Origin: an uncultured Phycisphaerales bacterium
Lineage (GTDB): Bacteria; Planctomycetota; Phycisphaerae; Tepidisphaerales; Tepidisphaeraceae
Length of the DNA stretch: 64,000 nt
Assembly (NCBI GenBank): GCA_963758525.1
Contig: CAVWVQ010000003.1
Span: forward strand, 32,001-96,000
Reading direction: 5' to 3'
The position numbers were made by a program, and so were the translations under genes. Below, piece after piece: positions 1 through 9,826 of this stretch. Each line of letters begins with the position of its first letter. Positions within the stretch are counted from its first letter, which is position 1. The notes below the pieces were generated by a model. The model worked only from the letters and a program-made list of their open reading frames with translations, had not been told where the DNA came from and did not search any database.

Positions 1-2248
1 AGCTGCTATTCAACTGACTCAATACCGTCTCCAGTCGCTTGCGCTGTCCGATACTCAGCTCGGCACCCCCGTAGCGCACGCGGTAGAACAGCTTGGTTAG
101 ACGATTGATAGTATCGTACACGTCGCTTGGGAGAAACAGAAGTGATTCGACGAATTCGAGCGGTGTTAGATAGTTTGGACGGGTGAGGTTGTGTCGGCCG
201 AGCAGCAGGATGAGGTGATCATAGAACGCAAGTTGGCGCGCCAGCCGCTCTTGCTCTGCAGCGGGTAAGCCGTCGATCCCGATACGATGTGCTCTGCGTC
301 GAAGTCGCCACTTTTCCCAGAAAAAACCCACGAAAGCAGCAAACATGGCGGCCAGCATCAGCCAGACGAACGCGCCAAGGACATTGGAGCTGATATTCCA
401 AAATCGGACGGTGTGCGCCGCATCGCCGAGCTGGCCCAACAGGCCGTGCGAGGTGGATGACGCATGATACATGGCCGATTCGGTGGACTGCAGGATATTT
501 TGCCGATCTTCGTTGTCGTAGGCGATCACATGGCTCGCATAGGTGAACTCAAGAAAGTCGGCGACATGAACCACGCTCTGCCACAGCCCCCCTTTGGCGC
601 GCGTTGCCAGGTCGGCGGGCGTTCCACTGGTGGGATCGAAGCTCTTCCATCCATCTGACGTCCGCACTTCGACCCATGAATGCGCGTGCGATTGCCGCAC
701 GATGAACTGCCCGTCTACCGCGTTGTATTCGTCGCATTTGAAGCCGACGACCATCCGCGCCTGCATTCCCAGGCTCTGGCACATCAGGGTCATCGCTCCG
801 GCGAAATACTCGCAATGCCCCCGCTTGAGATCGTAGAGAAACGCAACCAGCGGGTCGCGCCCCTCGATCTGCTTTGCGTCGGTCAGATCCAGCGTGTAGG
901 TGAAGTTGGTGCGCAGATACGTTTCGATATGCGAGGCGATTTCACCGTCGAGCGGATCGACATCGTTGGGGAAATGCGTGCGCTGGCTCGCGAGCGAGCC
1001 GCGGGCATTGCTGCCGCAGACCTCGGGCCGGCTGGCAAACGCCAGGATCTGCGGGTCGGCGAGCCAGTTGGCAGGCGTCGATACATTGGCGTCGGTAGGC
1101 GGCTCGAGATTGTTCGAGGAAAGGACCTCATATTCCAGCGGCTCCATCAGCGCGCCGCTAGACCGCAACGTTCCGCTTGCCGGTGAATAGTCGATGCGCG
1201 TCGGGCGGTGGGTTGCGATCGAAAACGGGCCGGCCAGTGCGAACAAGACGTTGGTTCCCGTCGGCCGAAGGGTCACCTTTTGCCGCCAGACGTCGGCCCC
1301 CTCGGCCGGGCTGTCGCGCAGCTTCGCCGCCTCGTCAGCGCCGCTGGTGTACGATTCCTCTTCATCGTGGACGTGCTCCCACTCCCATTTACGTCGCATC
1401 GGATTGGGCGAATTTCCCTCGTATCGTTCCAGGGTCAATCCGCGGAGCAGGAGCGTCTGCCCTCCCTTCACGGGGCGGTCGTTGTGCCAAACCTGGACAT
1501 ATCCGACGATTTCGTTGCTCTGGGTGATGCGGGCGACCTGCTGAAAGCTGACTTCCGTGCTGAAGCCCGTCAGCGCCGGTTCTGCCCCGAGCTGCCTTTG
1601 TCCCAGAAAGCTCTCGCCGGTGGGGCGCGGACAGAAGAGGAAGACCACAACGGCAAAAAAGATCGCCACCGACGCGACGAGTAACGTGATGCGTCGCATG
1701 GACCGGCTCATGTAGCGCTGGTCCTGGCGAAGCGTGGCCGGGTTGAGCTTCTCCGTCGGGATGGAGAGCGCCGCCTTGGCGAGGTCCGCTTCGGTTTTAA
1801 GATAAAACAGAAGGCAGCAATACAGGGAGAGAAAAAGATAGACGATCAAGAGCAGCCCGAAGGCAAGGCTCGCGGTATTGATCGACGCGGCCACGACCAG
1901 AAGCAGGCCGAGCACCAGCAACTGTGCGTAATCACGATTGCCGCGCTGCTCGTAAAGCTTCACCAGCTGCAAAAGGACGATGTATTGGCCGATCCAGACC
2001 ACTTCGTCAGTCATTGCCGCCCCCCGGCTCTGCAGCAACACCCACGGCACGCCCGCCAGCAGGATGAGATTTGAAATCCAGCGCGAGATCGGCTGAAAAC
2101 GACCGGTCTTGACGAGCCAGGCGTTAAAGAGCGTCGCGGTCCACCCGATGACAAGGATACCCGGTGAGTTTACCGCCAGCGCGAAGCCCGCCATTCCCAT
2201 CAGCAGGAGAACGTAGAGCGCGGGTTTGAACTGGCGGATGTCGTACAT
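1..2248 (-). CDS. Membrane-anchored transglutaminase-like (TgpA/DUF3488-type) protein, 3' end runs off the window
   Basis: Manually translated ORF from ATG 2248 (MYDIRQFKPALYVLLLMG..., several hydrophobic helices). The catalytic core GHCEYFAGAMTLMCQSLGMQARMVVGF...HAHSWVEV (~660-820) is in the same frame, as is the open stretch at positions 2-58. Third gene of a MoxR-DUF58-transglutaminase operon. Confidence 0.85.
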   Translation of the reverse strand, partial: MYDIRQFKPALYVLLLMGMAGFALAVNSPGILVIGWTATLFNAWLVKTGRFQPISRWISNLILLAGVPWVLLQSRGAAMTDEVVWIGQYIVLLQLVKLYEQRGNRDYAQLLVLGLLLVVAASINTASLAFGLLLIVYLFLSLYCCLLFYLKTEADLAKAALSIPTEKLNPATLRQDQRYMSRSMRRITLLVASVAIFFAVVVFLFCPRPTGESFLGQRQLGAEPALTGFSTEVSFQQVARITQSNEIVGYVQVWHNDRPVKGGQTLLLRGLTLERYEGNSPNPMRRKWEWEHVHDEEESYTSGADEAAKLRDSPAEGADVWRQKVTLRPTGTNVLFALAGPFSIATHRPTRIDYSPASGTLRSSGALMEPLEYEVLSSNNLEPPTDANVSTPANWLADPQILAFASRPEVCGSNARGSLASQRTHFPNDVDPLDGEIASHIETYLRTNFTYTLDLTDAKQIEGRDPLVAFLYDLKRGHCEYFAGAMTLMCQSLGMQARMVVGFKCDEYNAVDGQFIVRQSHAHSWVEVRTSDGWKSFDPTSGTPADLATRAKGGLWQSVVHVADFLEFTYASHVIAYDNEDRQNILQSTESAMYHASSTSHGLLGQLGDAAHTVRFWNISSNVLGAFVWLMLAAMFAAFVGFFWEKWRLRRRAHRIGIDGLPAAEQERLARQLAFYDHLILLLGRHNLTRPNYLTPLEFVESLLFLPSDVYDTINRLTKLFYRVRYGGAELSIGQRKRLETVLSQLNSS

Positions 2249-2251
2249 GAC

Positions 2252-3497
2252 TTATTTGGCGGGGTTCTCAGCTTTTTCGATGAACGGCCGCGGCATGGCG
2301 GTCCTGAAGTTGACGCCGGGATCGAAACGGAACCATGCGCGGGCGGATGCGATGGACGAGGAGATCACCAGCATTCCGCCGCGAGCTTCCTCGATCAGCC
2401 CAAGCTGCACGTTCCGCGGCGTAAAAAGCACCGGCGTCACTCCGGGTCGAATCAATGAGTGACATTCATCCAGCAGCTCCGACAACTCCCTTTCGCGATT
2501 CTGAGGAAGCCGCGCCAGCGCAGATAGAACGTCCGTGCGATGTTGCTTCCCGCGCCGGAGTCAGCGCCAGCCAATGATCGGCCCAGGCAACCATCCCAAC
2601 CTGCATCCCCTGCGCCAGCGCTGCCGATGCGAGCGAGCCGGCCATGGCAATGGTCCGCTCGACCAGCTCCGCGGAGGCAATCGTCTGCTCGGCGAGAAAA
2701 GTATCGACCAGCAGAAGCAGCCGGGGCGGGGCGACGCGAGTCATTTCCCTGGCGACCAGAGTCCCGGTGCGGGCGCTGCGCCTCCAGTAGATCAAACGCC
2801 TGTTCTCGCCGGAGCGGAATTCCTTCACACCATAGAATTCGTCGGAGCCGCCCGGTTGCGGGCGCACCGTGGATCCGGTCAACTCCGCCGATCGGCACAT
2901 CGCGACAAGGCGCTCATCAACTTCCGCCAGCGCGGGATAGATCAGCACACGGTCAGGATGGGCGTTAATGATGGCGCGCTTCACAAACCCGAAAGGAAAG
3001 CCGGTTCCGAGTTGGTAGCGCGCCAACTCGTGGAGGCCACGACGCTTCGGCAGGAGATCCGCGGGAACCGATGCGGTCATTCCCGCCGCTGCATGCAGAA
3101 GATAGCACTGCGGCTGCCTTGCGAAGCCTTCCACACCGTCCAGCTCGGCCAGGGAAACCGAGAGACTGGGCCAGAACCGCTTGGCGTTGGTGATCTCGTA
3201 AACCGCGCACATGGTGACGCCGACCACGCCGTGCTCGGGGAATACCCGGCGCACCTTCAGGCGGCGCACCACCAGCCGGCTGATGACGCCGCTGACCAGC
3301 AGCGTGCCGATCATCAGGCCGAAAATCCCAAAGAGCACGTTGGCGCGATTCTGCATCGCGGCCACGCCCATGAACAGCATGATCGCGGCGTAGATGAAGC
3401 CTGTCAGCGAAACGTCAATTCCAGGACGCTGCCGGACGATGGTTAATTCGTCCCACTTCTTTTCAAGCGCTGCAAGCGATGATCGCCGGAACATCAC
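2252..3497 (-). CDS. DUF58 domain protein (one frameshift near 2549)
   Basis: Two N-terminal TM helices, FPFGF, EFYGVKEFRSGENRRLIYWRRSARTG motif. Continues in another frame as KQHRTDVLSALARL...ELSELLDE (ORF 2252-2485). Confidence 0.85.
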
Positions 3498-3510
3498 TAC
3501 CTCATTTGAA

Positions 3511-4442
3511 TCATCGCGGCGTAGACGCTTCGTCGAGAATTTTCTTGAGTATCACTTCCGTCCCCCCGCCGTCCCCGTTTTGCAGGTAAGACTTGCCGAG
3601 CACGCGATCGGCGCAAACCGCAATGAAGAGCGACTTCACGTCGTCAGGGGTGACGTAATCGCGGCCGTTCAAGACTGCCGACGCCTGGGAAGCCTGCGTC
3701 AGCGCCAACGCCCCGCGCGGCGAAACGCCCAGGCGCAATTCATCGCTCTCTCGCGTCGCCTCGATCAGGTCCATCACGTAGTCCAAAATCGCCGCGTCGA
3801 GTTTCACCTGCGGCACACCATCCTGCAGTTCGACCACCTCAGCCCCGCTCATCACCGGGTGCAACTGGCTCAGCGCATCGCGCCCAGGCTGAGTCAGGAG
3901 GATCTTTTGTTCGGCGCGGCGCTCGGGATAGCCGACGCGCACCTTCACCAGAAAACGGTCCATCTGGTTTTCCGGAAGATGATAGGTTCCCTCAAACTCG
4001 AACGGATTCTGCGTGGCGACCAGCATGAAGGGGCGCTGCAGAGTAAACGTCTGGTTTTCGACGCTGACCTGCTCTTCGCTCATCGCCTCCAGAAGCGCCG
4101 ATTGCGTTCGCGGCGTCGTGCGATTCACCTCGTCCGCCAGCACGATGTTCGCGAACACCGGACCCGGCTTGAAGTCGAACGCCTGCGTCTGGTTGTTGAA
4201 GATTGAAACGCCCAGGACGTCGCTGGGAAGCAGATCCGGCGTCAATTGGATTCGGCTGAATTTGCAGTCGATACTTTTGGCCAGCGAGCGAGCCAGCACC
4301 GTTTTGCCAACTCCCGGCACATCCTCGATGAGCACATGACCGCGCCAATCAACCCCACGATCAACAAATCCACCGCCCGGACATCGCCAAGAAACACTCT
4401 CCGGATATTCTCCCGAAGAGTGTCAAGTTTTGTTCGCGACAA
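3511..4442 (-). CDS. moxR: MoxR-family AAA+ ATPase (frameshift near 4340)
   Basis: HVLIEDVPGVGKT Walker A, RIQLTPDLLPSD, LADEVNRTTPRTQSALLEAM, ATQNPFEFEGTYHLPE. N-terminus lies in ORF 4242-4442. Confidence 0.9.
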
Positions 4443-4523
4443 GATTGCGCTCCATCGCCGGCCAATGCTGGCGAGTCATTTTAGCACGAGCCCGCCTGAT
4501 TTACACGGCGGCGGGTGAGGTCC

Positions 4524-4817
4524 GGTGATTGGTGCACGGAACGTGACAAGACGGGGGGAGGAGCAAACGTGAAGAGCGTCTCGGGCTCGCCGATGTTGCT
4601 CGGAGTCGCTTGCGTCGTCGCGGATGACAGATGAGCCTGTAAGGCCCGCGAAGGGCAAGCAACGCTCGACCCGTCGGCGAGCCCGATATCCTCCTCACGT
4701 TTCACGTTTTCACGTTTCATCCCCCCCTCTTGTCACGTTCCAATCACCAAATTCACGTTTCATCCCCCCTTTCTCACGTTCCAATCACCAGATTCACGTT
4801 CCAATCGTTCCAATCAC
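4524..4817. repeat. Nested inverted-repeat (MITE-like) element built from GTCACGTTCCAATCACC / TTTCACG units
   Basis: Left arm GGTGATTGG..GGAACGTGACAAGACGGGGGG..AAACGTGAA..TCGGGCTCGCCGA pairs with right arm TCGGCGAGCCCGA..TTTCACGTTT..CCCCCCTCTTGTCACGTTCCAATCACC. Extra CACGTTCCAATC copies extend to ~4817. Confidence 0.8.
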
Positions 4818-5731
4818 GATTCGACGTTCTTGGATCTATACGGCGTCATATCCATCCTCGGATACCGCCGGGCCACACCGGCGAGCGTCTCTTGATTCCA
4901 ATAGGGGTGACCCTGAGCGGGGAAACCGATCGCCTCTCGTTGTCGTGGCGTCGCCTGTTCCAGAAAGCGGCGCATCTCCGGCTTCTCCCCAAACCGCGAC
5001 CACTGGTTATATCCGGCAAAGGGAAAGCGTGCGCTGCGGTAAACCAGATGATGCGTAAACCGCACGCCATGCTCGGCAAGCATCTCCGACGCCCGATGGA
5101 ACGTACTCATGGAAAAAATCAGCAAGCCTCCGGCGTCGATCAGCACCTTCTTCTCACGCCGATAGAGTCCGGAATATTGTGTGCGCGGACGAAACGGCGG
5201 CCAAAGCTCGTCCGGCTTCCGCCCCGTTGGCACAACGCAGGTGGGCCCCATCGTGTCATCCACGTCAGTGTAATACAGAATCATGTTCACCTGGCGGAAC
5301 GGGCCGTCGTCGCGCGGATAAACGAGCGTGTTTCCCTCGAAATCCACGTGCATCGGCTGCTCGAAACTCCCCGTGCCAGCGTATTTCGCCCAGATGGCGG
5401 ATTGCGAAAGCATTATTTCGCGATCACCCAGAAGCGATTCGACAAATGAGATGATGCGCGGATGCGTCGCAATGTTGTTCAGGGCATCGCCAGCGTAGGG
5501 AAACTCTATCTGCTGATATTCCGCCTCCTCGAGAATAGCGCCATACCGCTGCGGCGCGGCCGCCAGTTCCTCCGGCGACGGAAAATATCGCAGCATATTG
5601 GCGCGAGCCGCCGCAATCTCGACCGGCATCAGAAACTTCGGAACAACCGTGTAACCCTGCCGTTTGAGTTGGGTTCGATGCTTCGCATCAATTTCGGGAT
5701 GAGGCGCCATGCGACGCGGTTTTCGCGTCAC
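4814..5731 (-). CDS. Phytanoyl-CoA dioxygenase (PhyH) family Fe(II)/2-oxoglutarate dioxygenase
   Basis: QGYTVVPKFL start, HxD motif (MHVD), GPTCVVP, GGLLIFSMSTFHRA distal His. Confidence 0.8.
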   Translation of the reverse strand: MTRKPRRMAPHPEIDAKHRTQLKRQGYTVVPKFLMPVEIAAARANMLRYFPSPEELAAAPQRYGAILEEAEYQQIEFPYAGDALNNIATHPRIISFVESLLGDREIMLSQSAIWAKYAGTGSFEQPMHVDFEGNTLVYPRDDGPFRQVNMILYYTDVDDTMGPTCVVPTGRKPDELWPPFRPRTQYSGLYRREKKVLIDAGGLLIFSMSTFHRASEMLAEHGVRFTHHLVYRSARFPFAGYNQWSRFGEKPEMRRFLEQATPRQREAIGFPAQGHPYWNQETLAGVARRYPRMDMTPYRSKNVES

Positions 5732-6291
5732 GAGCGAACCTCCAGGTTGGAGAGCAGTCCCTCGAACAGATCCGCGGTCTGATGCTGTGCGGTCCAGTGA
5801 CGGATGTACGCGAGGTCAAGTTTCGACTTTTGCAACCGAATCACGTCCGCGGCGTCGGAGATATCCTTGGCACGCTTCCCGCTTCGCGACCACCGGAGCT
5901 TTTGGATGATCACGTCTTCCGCGGTGGGCAGCCAGGTAGGATGCCCTTCGAAATTCACCTGTTGCCGACGGGCAAAGCGTGATTGGTCGTGCGGATCATT
6001 CGTCAGCAGGAACAGTTCGATCTTGAACGCAGTCGCCGGGTGGTGAATGAGGTAGCGAGTGGTCATCGTGATGGTTTCAAATGATATTTGCGGGTCGAAT
6101 TGAAAGTCCGGGCCGAGGGCACCCCGAAGAGCACCGAGTTGGTCTTCAGAGAGGAGCAGTACGAAATCCGCATCCTGCGTCGATCGCGGGCGTCCATAGT
6201 AGTTGCTGGAATAGGAGCCGACCAACATGTAGGGAATGGCAAGTTGGTCGAAGATTCCGAGCAGGTAGAGTACGAGGTCGGTCGCGCTCAC
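5728..6291 (-). CDS. Nucleotidyltransferase-fold protein, putative toxin
   Basis: YMLVGS..S..YGRPRSTQDADF (GS...DxD-type motif), EDVIIQKLRW, KDISD. 4-nt overlap with the upstream small ORF. Confidence 0.6.
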   Translation of the reverse strand: MSATDLVLYLLGIFDQLAIPYMLVGSYSSNYYGRPRSTQDADFVLLLSEDQLGALRGALGPDFQFDPQISFETITMTTRYLIHHPATAFKIELFLLTNDPHDQSRFARRQQVNFEGHPTWLPTAEDVIIQKLRWSRSGKRAKDISDAADVIRLQKSKLDLAYIRHWTAQHQTADLFEGLLSNLEVRS

Positions 6292-6518
6292 TCCACGTTC
6301 TCCTCGGCCGCTCTCGCGTCATCAAGGCGCCGGCGAAGCTCGGCCATCGCCTGCTCCGGTGTGAATTCCGGATGCTGATTGCGAATCCCCGCAAGCGTCC
6401 ACCTGCAGGCATCATCGAACAAGTCACCGCCAGCCCGCAACTTTTGGGAAGGGGTCATCAGCCGGGCCTGCTCGATGTCTTCGGCATCGAGTTTCAAGAT
6501 CAGTTCGTCCAGGGACAT
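6288..6518 (-). CDS. Small helical protein, putative antitoxin partner
   Basis: 76 aa, IEQARLMTPSQKL...GIRNQHPEFTPEQ..ELRRRL. Overlaps the NTase gene; TATACT lies 9 nt upstream of the ATG. Confidence 0.6.
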   Translation of the reverse strand: MSLDELILKLDAEDIEQARLMTPSQKLRAGGDLFDDACRWTLAGIRNQHPEFTPEQAMAELRRRLDDARAAEENVE

Positions 6519-6618
6519 ACTCGACGGAGTATATCCCCCGATGCGCGTTGCGCGAATCGCGAAGCATGGAGGACGATCGACGATTTACGTCAGTGAGCGA
6601 AAACCGCTGAAGTACCCA

Positions 6619-6727
6619 GGTTAGCCGCGACGCGCCGCGGAGCGCGTCCAGCGGCGCGTCCTGACGAATGCCGTCCGAGCCGCTATTGCGCCGTTAGACG
6701 CGCTTCGCTGCGCGTCGCGGCTAACCC
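6619..6727. repeat. REP-like palindromic doublet (TTAGCCGCG..GCGCGTC / GACGCGCT..CGCGGCTAA family)
   Basis: Inverted arms GGTTAGCCGCGACGCGCCGCGGAGCGCGTC and GACGCGCTTCGCTGCGCGTCGCGGCTAACC. Related copies at ~8760, 28970, 52219, 57148 and 61174. Confidence 0.8.
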
Positions 6728-6752
6728 TGGCGGTCGGTCAGGCAAGTTTGAT

Positions 6753-7493
6753 CTATCTGGGCGGCTCCGGTGGCGATGCGTCGGGGCCGCCTGCATCTGG
6801 TCGAGGAACACCCGGACGACCCGGCTCGCCGGGAGGTCCGACAGGTGGGCCGTCATCTTCTCCGCGGAAGTCACGACCGGGAGGGCCGGGGGAATGGCGA
6901 TGTTCATCGGCTCCGTCGCCGGGCCGATCGTCTGGGCCGTCCGGCCCGTCGGGACCGGGGCCATGCCGCATCCCAGGCATTCTTCCAGGTCCGTCCGGCG
7001 GCCCCATTTCTCCGCCCGGGCCTCCGGGATGATGGAAATCGCGCCACGGCGGAGCGTCGGGCATCATTCGCGAACGCATCGCCTCGAAGTGCTGGTCCCA
7101 CTGCGCGAACTGCACGTCGGTCAGCGTCTTCTTCATCGCCGCCCGCAGCTTTTCGTGTTCGGCCGTCAGCTTCACGATCATGTCCGAACGCAGCTTTTTA
7201 ATTGCCGCAAGGCTCTGAGCATAGGCATCCGTCACCTGCTGGCTCTGCTCTGGCGTGAGGTTCAACTCACGCGTCATGTGTGAGACAATCGGCGCGGGAC
7301 TGAAATTCGGAACGCCCGGCGCCGGCCCCGCATCTGGCAGCGTCGCATCAACCGGGGTCGGCGGCTTATGGAAAAACAACGCCCCGCCGGCTCCGATTCC
7401 GCTCCCGCTCAATACGAGAACGGCGCCCCAGAGAATCAGGGCTCGCCGACCAGATTGATCGCGCCGCGACGAGATGGCTTCCGAAGTGCTCAT
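6753..7493 (-). CDS. Membrane-anchored Spy/CpxP-like periplasmic protein with Pro/Gly-rich tail
   Basis: TM helix, ELNLTPEQSQQV (LTxxQ motif), LTDVQFAQW. Last gene of an ECF sigma/anti-sigma triplet. Confidence 0.6.
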   Translation of the reverse strand: MSTSEAISSRRDQSGRRALILWGAVLVLSGSGIGAGGALFFHKPPTPVDATLPDAGPAPGVPNFSPAPIVSHMTRELNLTPEQSQQVTDAYAQSLAAIKKLRSDMIVKLTAEHEKLRAAMKKTLTDVQFAQWDQHFEAMRSRMMPDAPPWRDFHHPGGPGGEMGPPDGPGRMPGMRHGPGPDGPDGPDDRPGDGADEHRHSPGPPGRDFRGEDDGPPVGPPGEPGRPGVPRPDAGGPDASPPEPPR

Positions 7494-7566
7494 GATCCTC
7501 CCTCGGGGTGCCGGGGGAGGGGACAATCCGGACAAGACTCATGCAGCGCGTACCTGATCACGCTCA

Positions 7567-7845
7567 TTAGTTCACTCCCATCTTCAGGGGAGAAAATAAA
7601 ACGCTCATGCTATCCGACGAAGACGCTGCGGGAGTCGTCGTCGTGCTTGAGATGTGCTGTGCATGAAGTCCCAACGCCAGCAACAAGCACGCGGCAACGA
7701 GAGAACCGATCGCCGACAGCGAAAGCGCCGTCTTTGGCAGGCGATATGCCAGCGGTTCAACGCGGGGCGCGACAACGCGCACCATCGGAATAATTTCCTG
7801 GCGCGCCCGCTCGGCCAGTTTGTCAATCCACTGCAGCGATTCCAT
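7567..7845 (-). CDS. Putative anti-sigma factor (single TM)
   Basis: MESLQWIDKLAERARQE..., one hydrophobic helix, start overlaps the 3' end of the ECF sigma gene. Confidence 0.55.
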   Translation of the reverse strand: MESLQWIDKLAERARQEIIPMVRVVAPRVEPLAYRLPKTALSLSAIGSLVAACLLLALGLHAQHISSTTTTPAASSSDSMSVLFSPLKMGVN

Positions 7846-8410
7846 CGGACAGACTCCCAAATCTTTGCGGAAGCTCGCTGGCGTCGGCAATTGCTTTCAG
7901 TTTACGCCTTGCGCGCACCAATCTCATCTTCACCACCGCCCGGTTCCATCCGGTTCGCTCGGCGATCTGCAGCGTGTCGCATTCCTCGAAATACATCAGC
8001 GACAATACAAGTCGATCCGCAGCCGGCAACTTCGCCAGAAGCTCGTGCAGCATTCTTGCCGCATCAGATGCCTCCAAAGACTCGACCGGGCCTGGCGCTG
8101 CGCTTTGCCATTGATCATGCAGCGCGACTGCTCTTTCCCGGCCCTTGCGTTTCCAATGCCGATAGCCGACGCGGGTTGCGATGCGCCGCAGCCAATGTTC
8201 AAACGGGACGCCCTGTCGTCGATACCGCGGAAGTGAATAAAACAGTTCGACGAAAACGTCCTGAGTCAGCTCTTCCCAGACCACCCGGTCGCGGCTGAAA
8301 CGCCACATCTGCCGGCCCACGTCCTTCTCGTACTGCTTGACCAGCGATGCCCAGCAGCGCTGGTCACCAGACAGGCAAGCTTGAATTGCCAGCTCAGTCG
8401 GCTCCGACAC
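7823..8410 (-). CDS. ECF RNA polymerase sigma factor
   Basis: Region 2 EELTQDVFV..LPRYR..FEHWLRRIA; region 4 LAKLPAADRLVLSLMYFE..QIAERTGW..VKMRLVRARRKL. Confidence 0.9.
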   Translation of the reverse strand: MSEPTELAIQACLSGDQRCWASLVKQYEKDVGRQMWRFSRDRVVWEELTQDVFVELFYSLPRYRRQGVPFEHWLRRIATRVGYRHWKRKGRERAVALHDQWQSAAPGPVESLEASDAARMLHELLAKLPAADRLVLSLMYFEECDTLQIAERTGWNRAVVKMRLVRARRKLKAIADASELPQRFGSLSDGIAAVD

Positions 8411-8720
8411 CCAGCCTCCGCACCGATCAACCGTCGCTCACACGAATCCATCGGAACCGCCTACCATATCCTCTCAACTCAATTCCTGAAAAGCCTTTGC
8501 AAAAGGTTCGTATTCACAAAGCTAATGGCCGCAGACAGTTCTGTGGTAACCGGTATTTCAGCAACTGCGATGATTGCTGCAAGTTGTTAATTGAATACGA
8601 GTTACGGCGGCGCCCGGTCGATGGAGCTTCCCGCGAAGCGGCGACGCCCGCCGAAGTGTGTTCGTGTTGAGCGTACCGAACGCTCCGGTGCGCATCGCTA
8701 ACCCGGCTACCCGCGGCTAA

Positions 8721-8885
8721 GAGCCCGTTTCAGAACCCTAAAGGCCTTCCGTCACCTGCTTAGCCGCACCGCGCAGCAAAGCGCGTCCAACGGCGTTTTC
8801 CGCCAGTTTTGACGCAATCTGTCAATACGCGCTCTCGGACGCGCTTCGCTGCGCGGCGCGGCTAAACAGGCTCTGAAACCGCCTC
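8721..8885. mobile_element. MITE-like element with 14-bp terminal inverted repeats and TAA flanks, carrying a REP doublet
   Basis: Left end GAGCCCGTTTCAGA; right end reverse-complement GAGGCGGTTTCAGA (12/14). TAA at 8718-8720 and 8886-8888. Homologous copy at ~52181-52330. Confidence 0.7.
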
Positions 8886-9151
8886 TAAACTGCGGGCTTC
8901 TCGGAAGAAATTATTTCCGTCGTTGCCGATCAGCGACGTTGGTCCATTCATCCGGTGCACGGCCGGGATGGCATACCCTGACTCCTCAATCAGGTGCCGC
9001 GATTGAACGCCGAGCACTCTTTTCAACGTCTTCAGCGCCTCAGAGAGGGACGGCCAGCGTGGCCGTCCCTCTCCAATGCGCCGTCAGTGTTCGCAACTCC
9101 TTGCATCCGACTGCGGACTGAACAAGCCGGCTGTCGTCCAACAAGCGACGT

Positions 9152-9180
9152 TTGACGCATTTTCTGCCAACCGATACGTT
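9152..9180 (+). promoter_or_regulatory. Sigma70-type promoter for tRNA-Ser
   Basis: TTGACG-N17-TACGTT, 14 nt upstream of the tRNA. Confidence 0.6.
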
Positions 9181-9194
9181 AGCATCACAACCCG

Positions 9195-9281
9195 GGAGGA
9201 GTGGCAGAGTGGTCGAATGCGCCGGTCTTGAAAACCGGTGGGCCCGCAAGGGTCCCGTGAGTTCGAATCTCACCTCCTCCG
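9195..9281 (+). tRNA. tRNA-Ser(TGA)
   Basis: Acceptor GGAGGAG/CTCCTCC, anticodon arm CCGGT-CTTGAAA-ACCGG, long variable arm, GTTCGAATC T-loop, G73. CCA not encoded. Confidence 0.95.
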
Positions 9282-9311
9282 ATTTTGCCGAAGGCAAATT
9301 GAGCAACTCCC

Positions 9312-9662
9312 ATGGCGGCAGAACTCAATTATTCCGTGCCCGAGCGTCGGTCTCGCCGGTTGGTGGTCGATATGAGTTATCTCGTCGGCTCTTGCATGTG
9401 TTATGTCTCCGCAATAGTTGGAGAGGTAATCATGCCAGGTTCGCCGCATCGATGGGACCCCGCGGTGCACTGGGCAGTCTTCTTCGCACATGTCTCAGCC
9501 GGAACTTGCGGCCTGTTGTTCTGTTGGGGACTCCTGGACATCGTTCGATGCGGCTGGGCGTCGATGCCGCCTCTCGTGAGGGCAGTTTGGGTCGCCAATG
9601 GCATTCTTCCGTTTCTAAGCTTCTGCTTCACACGCAGCGGGCTTCCTATTCTGTATCGATGA
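9312..9662 (+). CDS. Hypothetical small membrane protein
   Basis: 116-aa ORF with about three hydrophobic segments, directly after tRNA-Ser. Confidence 0.45.
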   Translation: MAAELNYSVPERRSRRLVVDMSYLVGSCMCYVSAIVGEVIMPGSPHRWDPAVHWAVFFAHVSAGTCGLLFCWGLLDIVRCGWASMPPLVRAVWVANGILPFLSFCFTRSGLPILYR

Positions 9663-9826
9663 CGCCAACTGGACGGTACACATGGCACGCACCTATATCT
9701 ATGAATCGGGCCGTGGCTATCCAAACCGCTCCCGTTTCGACGCGCACATCCCTCGTGCAAGGATCCGGTCCTGCCGAACAAATCGGCGCGCAGTGCGCGC
9801 ACCGGCAGGAGTCCACGTGGCGACTG

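Noticed and set aside
4690..4820. Repeated CACGTTCCAATCACC units as a CRISPR array
   Set aside because: Units are degenerate and irregularly spaced, there are no unique 30-40-nt spacers, and no cas genes are in the window.
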